Position numbers and translations under genes: made by a program | Assembly: GCA_963674965.2 (NCBI GenBank) | Contig: CAXXFL010000004.1 | Location: 96,001 to 160,000, forward strand | Direction of reading: 5' to 3' | DNA from: a bacterium | GTDB taxonomy: Bacteria; RBG-13-61-14; DATKZS01 | Length of the DNA stretch: 64,000 nucleotides | Shown here: piece by piece, positions 56,511 to 64,000 of the stretch | Numbering within the stretch: the stretch's first letter is position 1 | Layout: every line of letters begins with the position of its first letter | The notes under the pieces: generated by a model | Seen by the model: the letters and a program-made list of their open reading frames with translations, nothing else | Databases searched by the model: none | What the model was told of the DNA's origin: nothing

Positions 56511-57511
56511 TATTTCGTTTCCTCCATCCCTGGTTCCTGGTCGGCCTGGCCCTTTTGCCCGTCCTTTATCTCGCCTACAAATGGATCGACGCTCGGGCAA
56601 GGGCCAGGATCGTCTTTTCCGACGTGTCGCTTTTCAAGGACATTCCTCCCTCGCCAAGGGTGGTCCTCCGTCACGCGCCCATGGCGGCGCGGCTCGCGGC
56701 GCTGGGCCTTCTCGCCGTGGCCGTAGCCCGGCCGCAGTATGGAAACAGGACCCAGGAAATCAAGTCCAAGGGCATCGACATAATGATGGTCCTGGACGTG
56801 TCCGGCTCGATGCGCGAGAAGGACCTGGAGCCCACCAGGCTGGAGGCGGCCAAAAGAGTGATCCAGAGGTTTATCGACGGCCGCGAGAAGGGGCTTCAGA
56901 ACGACAGGATCGGCCTGGTGGCCTTTTCCCGCATAGCCCTCACCCGCTGTCCCCTGACCGTGGACTATACCATCTTGAAGAAGATCACCGCCTCCCTCGA
57001 CTACGCCAGGAGGGAGTTCGACGGCACCGCCATCGGCTCGGGACTGGCCACGGCCGTGGCCAGGCTGAAGGACTCGGAGGCCAAAAGCAAGGTCGTCATC
57101 CTGGTAACGGACGGCCAGAACAACGCCGGGGAGTACGATCCGCTCACGGCGGCCAGGATAGCCCAGGCCCTGGGAGTAAGGGTATACACGATCGGCGTCG
57201 TGCCCACCAGTTCCATGCGCCAGATATCGGACGCCATCTTCGGCGTCTCCTTTCAGATGGCCGCCAGCGACGTGGACGAGACCCAGATGAAGCAAATCGC
57301 CGAAATGACCGGGGGGAAATATTTCAAGGCCGAGGACGCGAAGGGCCTTATAAAAATCTTCGCCGAGATCGACAAGCTGGAAAAAACCGAGGTCAAGGTC
57401 AAGGAGTTTTACAGGTACTCGGAGGCTTTCGCGCCCTGGGCCGCGCTGGCCTTCATCGCCGTCCTTACCGAGACGTTCATCAGCCGGACGGTGCTTCGGA
57501 GGATACCGTGA
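56507..57511 (+). CDS. batA: BatA-like VWA domain protein
   Basis: F.HPW.L N-terminus, ARPQ, DVSGSM MIDAS motif, GTAIG and TDGQNNAG. Confidence 0.88.
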   Translation: MIFRFLHPWFLVGLALLPVLYLAYKWIDARARARIVFSDVSLFKDIPPSPRVVLRHAPMAARLAALGLLAVAVARPQYGNRTQEIKSKGIDIMMVLDVSGSMREKDLEPTRLEAAKRVIQRFIDGREKGLQNDRIGLVAFSRIALTRCPLTVDYTILKKITASLDYARREFDGTAIGSGLATAVARLKDSEAKSKVVILVTDGQNNAGEYDPLTAARIAQALGVRVYTIGVVPTSSMRQISDAIFGVSFQMAASDVDETQMKQIAEMTGGKYFKAEDAKGLIKIFAEIDKLEKTEVKVKEFYRYSEAFAPWAALAFIAVLTETFISRTVLRRIP

Positions 57512-57524
57512 TGGAGAACGGCAA

Positions 57525-58541
57525 ATGAACTTCGCTCATCCCGGCGTCCTTTATCTGCTCCTCCTGGTCCCGGCCCTGGCCCTGGCGCTTATATTCTCCG
57601 CCCGGGCCGCCAAAAGGGCGCTGGCCAGGTTCGGAAACCCCGAGCTGCTGGAAAGGGCGGGCATGGCCGTGTCCGGACGGGCCAGGCTCCTCAAGGCCTC
57701 GAGCCTTTTAGCGGCGGTCTCCCTTTTGATAGTGGCGCTGGCCGGACCCCGGTGGGGGGCAACGCGGGAGAAAATCGAGCGCAAGGGAGTGGACGTGGTC
57801 ATCGCCATGGACACCTCGAAGTCGATGCTGGCCCAGGACGTGGCGCCCTCCCGCCTTGCCAAGTCCAAGCTGGCCGTCGAGAAGCTGGTGGACATGATGA
57901 GGGGAGACAGGGTGGGCCTGGTGGCCTACGCGGGGGCCGCCTTTACCATGTGTCCACTCACTCTCGACTACGGGGCGGTGAAGATGTTCCTGGACATTAT
58001 CGACGTCAATACCGTGCCCGACCCGGGGACCGACATAGCCGACGCGCTGAGACAGGCGGGGCAAAACTTCGAGGACGAGACGGAAAAGTTCAAGGTGATT
58101 ATACTCATCTCGGACGGCGAGGACCTTGAGAGCGAGGGAAAGGACGACCCGGTCAAGGAGGCCGAGGAACTGGCCGATCGCGGAGTTATCATATATACGG
58201 TGGGCGTGGGCGAGACGAGGGGGGCCTCGATCCCGGTCGAGACCCCCGGCGGCGTGGTGGACAAGGTCGACCGTTCCGGCAACGTGGTAATAACACGGCT
58301 GGATGAGGACTCTCTCCGCAAGATAGCCCTCGCGGGCGGGGGAAAGTACAAGCGGCTCGATAACCGGGCGAGCGGGGAAGAGCTGGCGGACATATACAAA
58401 TCCATCGCCGGCATGGAGAAGAAGACCTTCGAGGAGGACTACAGGGTGAGCTATGAGGAAAGGTTCCAGTGGTTCCTGGGCGCCGCCTTTATCCTTTTGG
58501 CCCTCGAGCTGGTCATACCTGACGGGCGGAGAAGAAAATGA
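57525..58541 (+). CDS. batB: BatB-like VWA domain protein
   Basis: DTSKSMLAQDVAPSRL, ISDGED, VITRLDE and ERFQWFL. Confidence 0.88.
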   Translation: MNFAHPGVLYLLLLVPALALALIFSARAAKRALARFGNPELLERAGMAVSGRARLLKASSLLAAVSLLIVALAGPRWGATREKIERKGVDVVIAMDTSKSMLAQDVAPSRLAKSKLAVEKLVDMMRGDRVGLVAYAGAAFTMCPLTLDYGAVKMFLDIIDVNTVPDPGTDIADALRQAGQNFEDETEKFKVIILISDGEDLESEGKDDPVKEAEELADRGVIIYTVGVGETRGASIPVETPGGVVDKVDRSGNVVITRLDEDSLRKIALAGGGKYKRLDNRASGEELADIYKSIAGMEKKTFEEDYRVSYEERFQWFLGAAFILLALELVIPDGRRRK

Positions 58542-59449
58542 GGAATTTAATTATATCGGTCGCCGCGGGCGCGGTCCTTTTTGCCTCGCTTTCGCCTTTC
58601 GCCGGGGCGAGGGGAGAGGATAAGTCCGGCCTTATCGACTCGATCAAGGCCAACGCCGCCTCGAGGGAGGGGAACGCCCTCTACCACGAGGGCAAGTACG
58701 ATCCCAGCCGCGCGTCCTACCTTAGGGCCGGCAACATGGCGCCCGAGAAGAGTGAGGACGCCCGCCGCCTCGGCTACAACGTGGGCGCGACCTATTACAA
58801 GGAGGGCAGGTACGACGAGGCGGAGAAGGAGTTCCAGGCCGCGGCCATGGCCGAGGACGAAAAGCTCCGCGAGGCCGCCCATTACGGGCTGGGGAACGTG
58901 TATTTCAATAAAGGGCTCGAGGCCCAGGATATCGAGATTTTAAAGAAGTCGGTGGAAGAATACACCAAGGCCCTCGAGATAAACCCGGACGACGAGCAGG
59001 CCAAGTTCAACATCGAGGTGGTCAGAAGACATATAAAACTGGAACAGGAGAAACAAAAAAACCAACCGAATACCTGCCCGAACAAGAAAGAAGAACAAAA
59101 ACAACAAGGCCAGGAACGGAAGGATCAAAACCAGCAGCAAAACGCCTCCCAGCAACAACGGACGAGCGAAGACGATAAAAAGGAAGAGGGCGAGAAAAAG
59201 GACGAGGATAAGAAAAACGAGGAGGGTAAGGAAGAACAAAAGGATATGACGGCCGGCCAGGACGGCGACACCTCCCAGCAACCTCCCCCGGAGTCCGCGA
59301 AGCCCAAGCAGGGGGAAAAGGCGCCCGAGGAGTTGAGCAAGGAGGAAGCGAAAAGACTTCTGCAGGCGATCGAGCAGCACGAGAAGGAGAACATGAAGAA
59401 GATCACGGCCGGCAGGCCGACGCCGGCGGGCAAGGAGAAGGACTGGTGA
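58538..59449 (+). CDS. batC: BatC-like TPR protein
   Basis: TPRs, Q/E/K-rich linker and C-terminal LSKEEAKRLL...EKDW. Confidence 0.85.
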   Translation: MRNLIISVAAGAVLFASLSPFAGARGEDKSGLIDSIKANAASREGNALYHEGKYDPSRASYLRAGNMAPEKSEDARRLGYNVGATYYKEGRYDEAEKEFQAAAMAEDEKLREAAHYGLGNVYFNKGLEAQDIEILKKSVEEYTKALEINPDDEQAKFNIEVVRRHIKLEQEKQKNQPNTCPNKKEEQKQQGQERKDQNQQQNASQQQRTSEDDKKEEGEKKDEDKKNEEGKEEQKDMTAGQDGDTSQQPPPESAKPKQGEKAPEELSKEEAKRLLQAIEQHEKENMKKITAGRPTPAGKEKDW

Positions 59450-61227
59450 CAAGGCGGATATCAATATTTTTGCTCGCGCTTGTTTTCCCGCTTATGGCCC
59501 TGGCCGACCCGGCCAAGTTGACGGTCGAGGCTGACAGGACCAGCGTCACGGTCGGGGAGAGAATCAATCTAACCGTCACCCTGGAGGGAGACGGAGTGAA
59601 ATACGGCTCCCCTTTCCAGCTACCCGACCTCTCTCCATACCTCACGCTGGTGGGACAGCGCGGGCCATTTTCGGAAAGCTCGACGACTATAATTAACGGC
59701 AGGATGGAACGGTCGGCCAAGGTTTCCATAACCTACCAGTTCGAGGCCAGGAAGGCGGGCACGATAAAAATCCCTCCCCTCAGCTATCCGGTGGAAAACC
59801 GGACCGCGCGATCGAACCCGATCGAGATAGCCATATCCGACGCGGTCCGGCCAACGGTCATCGAGGGCGATACGGGATGGCGTCCCCCCTCGGACCCCTA
59901 CGTTCGGGTCGAGCTCGACAAGGACGAGGCTTACGTGGGAGAACAAATAGTCGCCACCGTCTACCTTTATTATAGAAACGACTTTATCAACCCCGAGCTG
60001 GCGCCGATCGACACGGGAACGGACTTTATCGAGTCGAAACTGGGATACGCCACCTCGCTGGACCCCAAAACGGAGACTTTCGGCGGCGAGAGATGGAAGG
60101 TGGCCTATTTATATTCCCAGGCCCTGTTCCCCATCAAGGCCGGTGAGGCGCTTATAAGGCCCGTGACCTTCAAGTATTTCGTGGCCACGGGAAGAAGGAG
60201 CTTCTTCGGTCCCGTCACTGAGGGCTACGCGGTCAGTTCCGACCCCATCAAAATCAAGATCAAGCCCTTGCCGGTGGCGGGAAGGCCCGCGGACTTCGAG
60301 GGCGAGGTGGGCAGTTTCGATATCAAGGTTACTCCGTCCTTTGGAAGTCTCAAGGCCAACGAGCAGTTCAAGTTCACGGTCTCGATCGAGGGCACGGGCC
60401 ACATGGACTACATATCCAAGCCCCGGTTCGAGCCGCCAGAGGGTTTCGACCTCTACACGGAGGGCGTGGAAAAGGACTACCTCAAGGACAAAGGCAGGGC
60501 GGTGGGCAGGCGGCGCTTCAAGATGATACTCGTTCCCCACAAAGAGGGCAAGCACGTTCTTCCTCCCTTTACCCTGTCCTATTTCGATCCCGAGTCGGGC
60601 CAATATAAAACCGCCAAAAGTCCCGGCGTCAGGCTGATGGTTTCTCCGGGCGACAAGTCGTCCGAGCCTCTCCCACTGGCCGCGTCCGAGCCGGAGGTGA
60701 TATCGGCGGTGGGGGCGGACCTTCGCTACGTCAAGCCCGATCTGGACGAATATGACGGAAGCGTCGGGTGGCTCGGTTACTCGCCGGCCTTCGCGGCGGC
60801 CCAGCTCGCTCCGGCGGCGGCCGTGCTGGCGTCGATCTTTCTGAGAAGGAGAAAGGACAAGCTGCGCCATGACGTGGCTTTTGCCAGGCGTCTTCGCGCG
60901 AACAAGGAAAGCGCAAGGGCCATGCGCGAGGCCCGAGCCGCCCTGGCCAAGGGGGACTCGGCCCAGGCCTGCGCGGACGTGTACAGGGCCCTGGCCGGTT
61001 TCGTCTCGGACAACCTGAACCTGGCCGAGGCGGGACTCACCGCGGCCGAGGTGACCGACGCCCTTCTCGAGGCCGGGGCCTCGGAGGAGGCCGTCGAGCT
61101 GACGCGGGAGCTGCTTGGAAGCTGCGACATGGCGCGGTTCGGCCTTGGCGAGGGGACGGACGCTCGATCGATCGTCGATAAGGGAGAAGCGCTTCTGGCG
61201 AGGCTGGCGAAGGAGACCAGGCAATGA
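59446..61227 (+). CDS. batD: BatD-like protein
   Basis: Repeated beta domains, AYVGEQI, VKPLP-like..F.G.VG.F and SYFDP. Confidence 0.85.
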   Translation: MTRRISIFLLALVFPLMALADPAKLTVEADRTSVTVGERINLTVTLEGDGVKYGSPFQLPDLSPYLTLVGQRGPFSESSTTIINGRMERSAKVSITYQFEARKAGTIKIPPLSYPVENRTARSNPIEIAISDAVRPTVIEGDTGWRPPSDPYVRVELDKDEAYVGEQIVATVYLYYRNDFINPELAPIDTGTDFIESKLGYATSLDPKTETFGGERWKVAYLYSQALFPIKAGEALIRPVTFKYFVATGRRSFFGPVTEGYAVSSDPIKIKIKPLPVAGRPADFEGEVGSFDIKVTPSFGSLKANEQFKFTVSIEGTGHMDYISKPRFEPPEGFDLYTEGVEKDYLKDKGRAVGRRRFKMILVPHKEGKHVLPPFTLSYFDPESGQYKTAKSPGVRLMVSPGDKSSEPLPLAASEPEVISAVGADLRYVKPDLDEYDGSVGWLGYSPAFAAAQLAPAAAVLASIFLRRRKDKLRHDVAFARRLRANKESARAMREARAALAKGDSAQACADVYRALAGFVSDNLNLAEAGLTAAEVTDALLEAGASEEAVELTRELLGSCDMARFGLGEGTDARSIVDKGEALLARLAKETRQ

Positions 61228-61991
61228 AAAGGACGGCAAATCTTATTCTCGCGCTCCTGGCCGCCATCATAATGCCTTTATCCGCGGGGGCCTCCTCGGC
61301 GGCGGCCCGCTACAACCATGGCAACGAGCTTTACAAGGCGGGGGAATACGCCAAGGCGGCCGAGGAGTATAACAAGGCCATCGAGGAGGGCGGCGCCAAC
61401 GCCATGGCCTATTACAACCTGGGAAACGCCAGGCTCAAATCGGGCGACCTGGGACGGGCCGTCATGGCCTATCTCAAGGCCAAAGAACTGGCGCCCCGCG
61501 ACCCGGATATTGAGTACAACCTGGATTACGCCAGGGGCCTGGTCAAAACCCAGCTTCCGCCGCTCGAGCGCGGTCCTTTTAGCAAGGCCTTCTTCTGGGT
61601 CCTTAACCTCTTCTCGGCCAATGGATGGACCGCGATCGCCGCGGTGATTTACTGGGCCGCGGCCGCGGCCGGGGTCTGGTTCGCCGTTTCCCGGGGCCGC
61701 GGAGGCAAGGAGGCGGCCAAGCCGGTCCTTTATACCCTGCTGGCGCTGTCGGCCATGGCCCTGGTTTTCACGGCCGTTCGCGTAAAGCTCGACGTTCTGA
61801 CGCCCCGGGCCGTGATCCTGGCGGACAAGGTCTCGGCCCTGTCGGGACCGGGCGACAACAACAAGGTCCTCTTCGAGACGTCCGAGGGGGTCGAGGTGGT
61901 GGTGGGCCAGTGCGATCAGGGCTGGTGCGAGGTCTCGGCGGCCGGCGGCTTCAGGGGATGGGTCAAGGCCGATTCTTTCGAGAGGCTATAG
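61224..61991 (+). CDS. batE: BatE-like TPR + SH3 protein
   Basis: YYNLGNA TPR, two TM helices and an SH3b-like C-terminus (GWV). Confidence 0.85.
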   Translation: MKRTANLILALLAAIIMPLSAGASSAAARYNHGNELYKAGEYAKAAEEYNKAIEEGGANAMAYYNLGNARLKSGDLGRAVMAYLKAKELAPRDPDIEYNLDYARGLVKTQLPPLERGPFSKAFFWVLNLFSANGWTAIAAVIYWAAAAAGVWFAVSRGRGGKEAAKPVLYTLLALSAMALVFTAVRVKLDVLTPRAVILADKVSALSGPGDNNKVLFETSEGVEVVVGQCDQGWCEVSAAGGFRGWVKADSFERL

Positions 61992-62675
61992 CTCGAAGCG
62001 GTGATAGTATTCCTTTCCCAATAACCTCATCACCACGCCCACCCATATCATGGGCTTTCTCGAGATAAGCATCTGGCTGGCGTGCGATCTGAGCGCCAGC
62101 ATCTTGACGGGGTATACCTTCCTGATATCCAGCGCGTGAGTCGGCTCCAAAAGGTCCCGGCCCAGCATAAGTTTCCCGATCCAGCGGGGGGCGGTCACCA
62201 TGAACAGGCGCTTTACTCCCGCGGCCCTGGCGGCCTCGGCCGCGGCCGCCGAGCAGGCCAGGTGATCGGGATGGCCCGTAATCCCGTCGGGACCGTAAGT
62301 TACGACCACGTCCGCTTTCCTCGACTTCATGAACTCCTCCAGCCTCGAGGCGAGTTCTCCCTTGGCAAGCCCGGACAGGCCCTGGTCCTCATAGTCCCAG
62401 ATGGCGGCCTCATCAACGCCCAGTATCGAGGTCGAGGCGTAGTATTCGCGCTCCCGCACTATGGTCTCCCGTTCCTCCGGCAGGCCGACCAGGGGAAGGG
62501 CCCCGCTCTTCCCGCCCTTGGTCAGGCAAAGGGACACGCGCCTTACATCGGGCGACCCCGCGTATAAGGCCAGGGTGGCCCCGGCGGCGAAGCTCTCGTC
62601 GTCGGGGTGAGGAAAGACGGTTACCAGGGTAAGTGGTTTTTCCAGGCCGGCTAATAGATCGCTATCCATTGTCAT
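61986..62675 (-). CDS. PIG-L/LmbE family deacetylase
   Basis: PHPDDE, TKG, GHPDH and HASQ. Confidence 0.88.
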   Translation of the reverse strand: MTMDSDLLAGLEKPLTLVTVFPHPDDESFAAGATLALYAGSPDVRRVSLCLTKGGKSGALPLVGLPEERETIVREREYYASTSILGVDEAAIWDYEDQGLSGLAKGELASRLEEFMKSRKADVVVTYGPDGITGHPDHLACSAAAAEAARAAGVKRLFMVTAPRWIGKLMLGRDLLEPTHALDIRKVYPVKMLALRSHASQMLISRKPMIWVGVVMRLLGKEYYHRFEL

Positions 62676-63975
62676 CCTCCCGCGAGGATTGGTTCTTTTC
62701 CTTCTCTTTATCGTCTTCTTCCTCGCTGATTTCCTTTTCGCTCTCCTCCTCGTCGGGGTTATCGATACCCGAGCGGTCCAGGCCCTCTCCCACGGATTTG
62801 ATGTATTTGCCGTGGGCGCTTAAAAGGACCAGGCACGCTCCGGTGGGACAAAGGAAGCGGCACCAGAAACGTTTCACGAAAAGCGAGGAGAGCAATACGA
62901 CCAAGATGAAAGCCCAGGCCACCTTGGAGGTCGTCCTCCCAAAGAGGTGGCCGAACGGCTCGATCTCGGCGAAAGAGGAAAGGCCAAGCCCGAAGAAACC
63001 AACGACCGAGATGAAGAGCACCGCGAAACGAAGTTTCCTGGCCGCCAGGAAAAGGGAAGGCGAGACCTTCCACCGCCGGAAGCCCAGACGCGAGAGAAGC
63101 TCCTGAAGCGCGCCAAAGGGACATGCGTACCCGCACCAGACGGGGCCCCATATAATCGTGGTACCCACCACGAAGACGCAAAGCACCGCCGCGACCGCCG
63201 CGCCCGGCCCCGGGAAGTTACCCGACAATAACTGGAAGGAATGGAGCAGCGTGTAAGGCGTCATGGCGAAAAGACCGATGAGCAATATAGACGCCGTCCA
63301 GGCCGCCTCCTTTTTATACTTTTTCGGCCACCGCCCGAATCGGGCGTAAAGGGCCAGGGCCAGGGCCACCAGGACGGCGAGGACCTTGGGCCGGGTCAGG
63401 GACCGCCGCCAGGACGGGGTCTCGGGAGCGGCCACCTTGAGACCGAACAGCCTCGATCCAGCCAGAGCCGCCGCCGCGGCCACGTCGTCTCGAATGGCCT
63501 GGCTGGTTATGCTGGCGCCGGTGACGGTATCTATTTTATCGAAGCCATCCTTGACGTTGGCGTTCTTGAGGCGGGCCAGGAACCCGTCGCCGATGACCCT
63601 TTGCATGTACTCCGGGGTCTCGCGATGGTCGATCACCGTGACCGACTTGATATTGCCCTCCGAGTCGATTACCACCATCGAGCTTATCTGGTCCACGTAG
63701 CCCTTGACGGCGGGGTCAAGCTCCGCGGTCATGACCACCGCCGCCTCTTTCCCGTCCGCCGTCCCTAGATAATGGGGAATGGGAGAGTCCATCTTGACGG
63801 CGTCGATCTCGGCGGGGAACGCGTCTCGAAGCTCCGAGAGGGTCGGCTCGGCGCGGACTCCTTTTTCCTTGACAGCCAGGTTATACCTTACTATCAGGCC
63901 CAGGCCGATAATAAGGAGAATGGCCCCGACCGCCGTCCAGGCCCGATTTTTCCCGTCTCCTTTTTTGTCCTTCAT
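62662..63975 (-). CDS. FMN-binding and CX3CP membrane electron-transfer protein (NosR/NirI/RdhC-like)
   Basis: Periplasmic DTVTGASITS flavinylation motif; TM region with WCGYACPFG and WCRFLCPTG. Confidence 0.8.
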   Translation of the reverse strand: MKDKKGDGKNRAWTAVGAILLIIGLGLIVRYNLAVKEKGVRAEPTLSELRDAFPAEIDAVKMDSPIPHYLGTADGKEAAVVMTAELDPAVKGYVDQISSMVVIDSEGNIKSVTVIDHRETPEYMQRVIGDGFLARLKNANVKDGFDKIDTVTGASITSQAIRDDVAAAAALAGSRLFGLKVAAPETPSWRRSLTRPKVLAVLVALALALYARFGRWPKKYKKEAAWTASILLIGLFAMTPYTLLHSFQLLSGNFPGPGAAVAAVLCVFVVGTTIIWGPVWCGYACPFGALQELLSRLGFRRWKVSPSLFLAARKLRFAVLFISVVGFFGLGLSSFAEIEPFGHLFGRTTSKVAWAFILVVLLSSLFVKRFWCRFLCPTGACLVLLSAHGKYIKSVGEGLDRSGIDNPDEEESEKEISEEEDDKEKEKNQSSREDDNG

Positions 63976-64000
63976 CTCGCGCGGTCCTTACATCATGGAC

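Noticed and set aside
59040-59300. Purine-rich low-complexity tract
   Set aside because: Encodes the ordinary Q/E/K linker of BatC; not a repeat array
1-64000. CRISPR array, rRNA or tRNA genes
   Set aside because: No regularly spaced repeats or RNA gene signatures seen; a covariance-model search was not possible

Overview
Bacterial DNA whose gene content suggests a Gram-negative anaerobe of deltaproteobacterial type (inference only). Positions 1 to about 20.9 kb look like an accessory island. It holds a leftward operon with three QueG/RdhA-fold Fe-S proteins, a UGA-recoded selenoprotein with a SECIS-like hairpin, Tat-exported DUF362 and metallo-beta-lactamase-fold proteins, DUF169 and a C-GCAxxG-C-C protein. 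A divergent operon encodes an atypical Sdh/Frd-like flavoprotein and Fe-S pair, TetR, SDR, Zn-ADH and a ThDP enzyme, with three phased palindromic operators between the two operons. The island ends in rearranged gene fragments, including an internally inverted GH94-like gene, an AbiE toxin-antitoxin pair and a decayed tyrosine integrase. The rest looks like GC-richer core genome. It carries three tandem TonB-dependent receptor paralogs (one with a nonsense codon), an ABC exporter with an FG-GAP protein, acyl-CoA genes, a DtxR-feoA-feoA-feoB cluster with visible operators, a B12 radical SAM gene, an HDAC gene followed by a 210-bp repeat-flanked element, an expanded MoxR/Bat operon, a PIG-L deacetylase and an FMN-binding NosR/RdhC-like protein. 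No rRNA, tRNA or CRISPR array was recognised. Family calls rest on motif recognition by eye; no searches were run.
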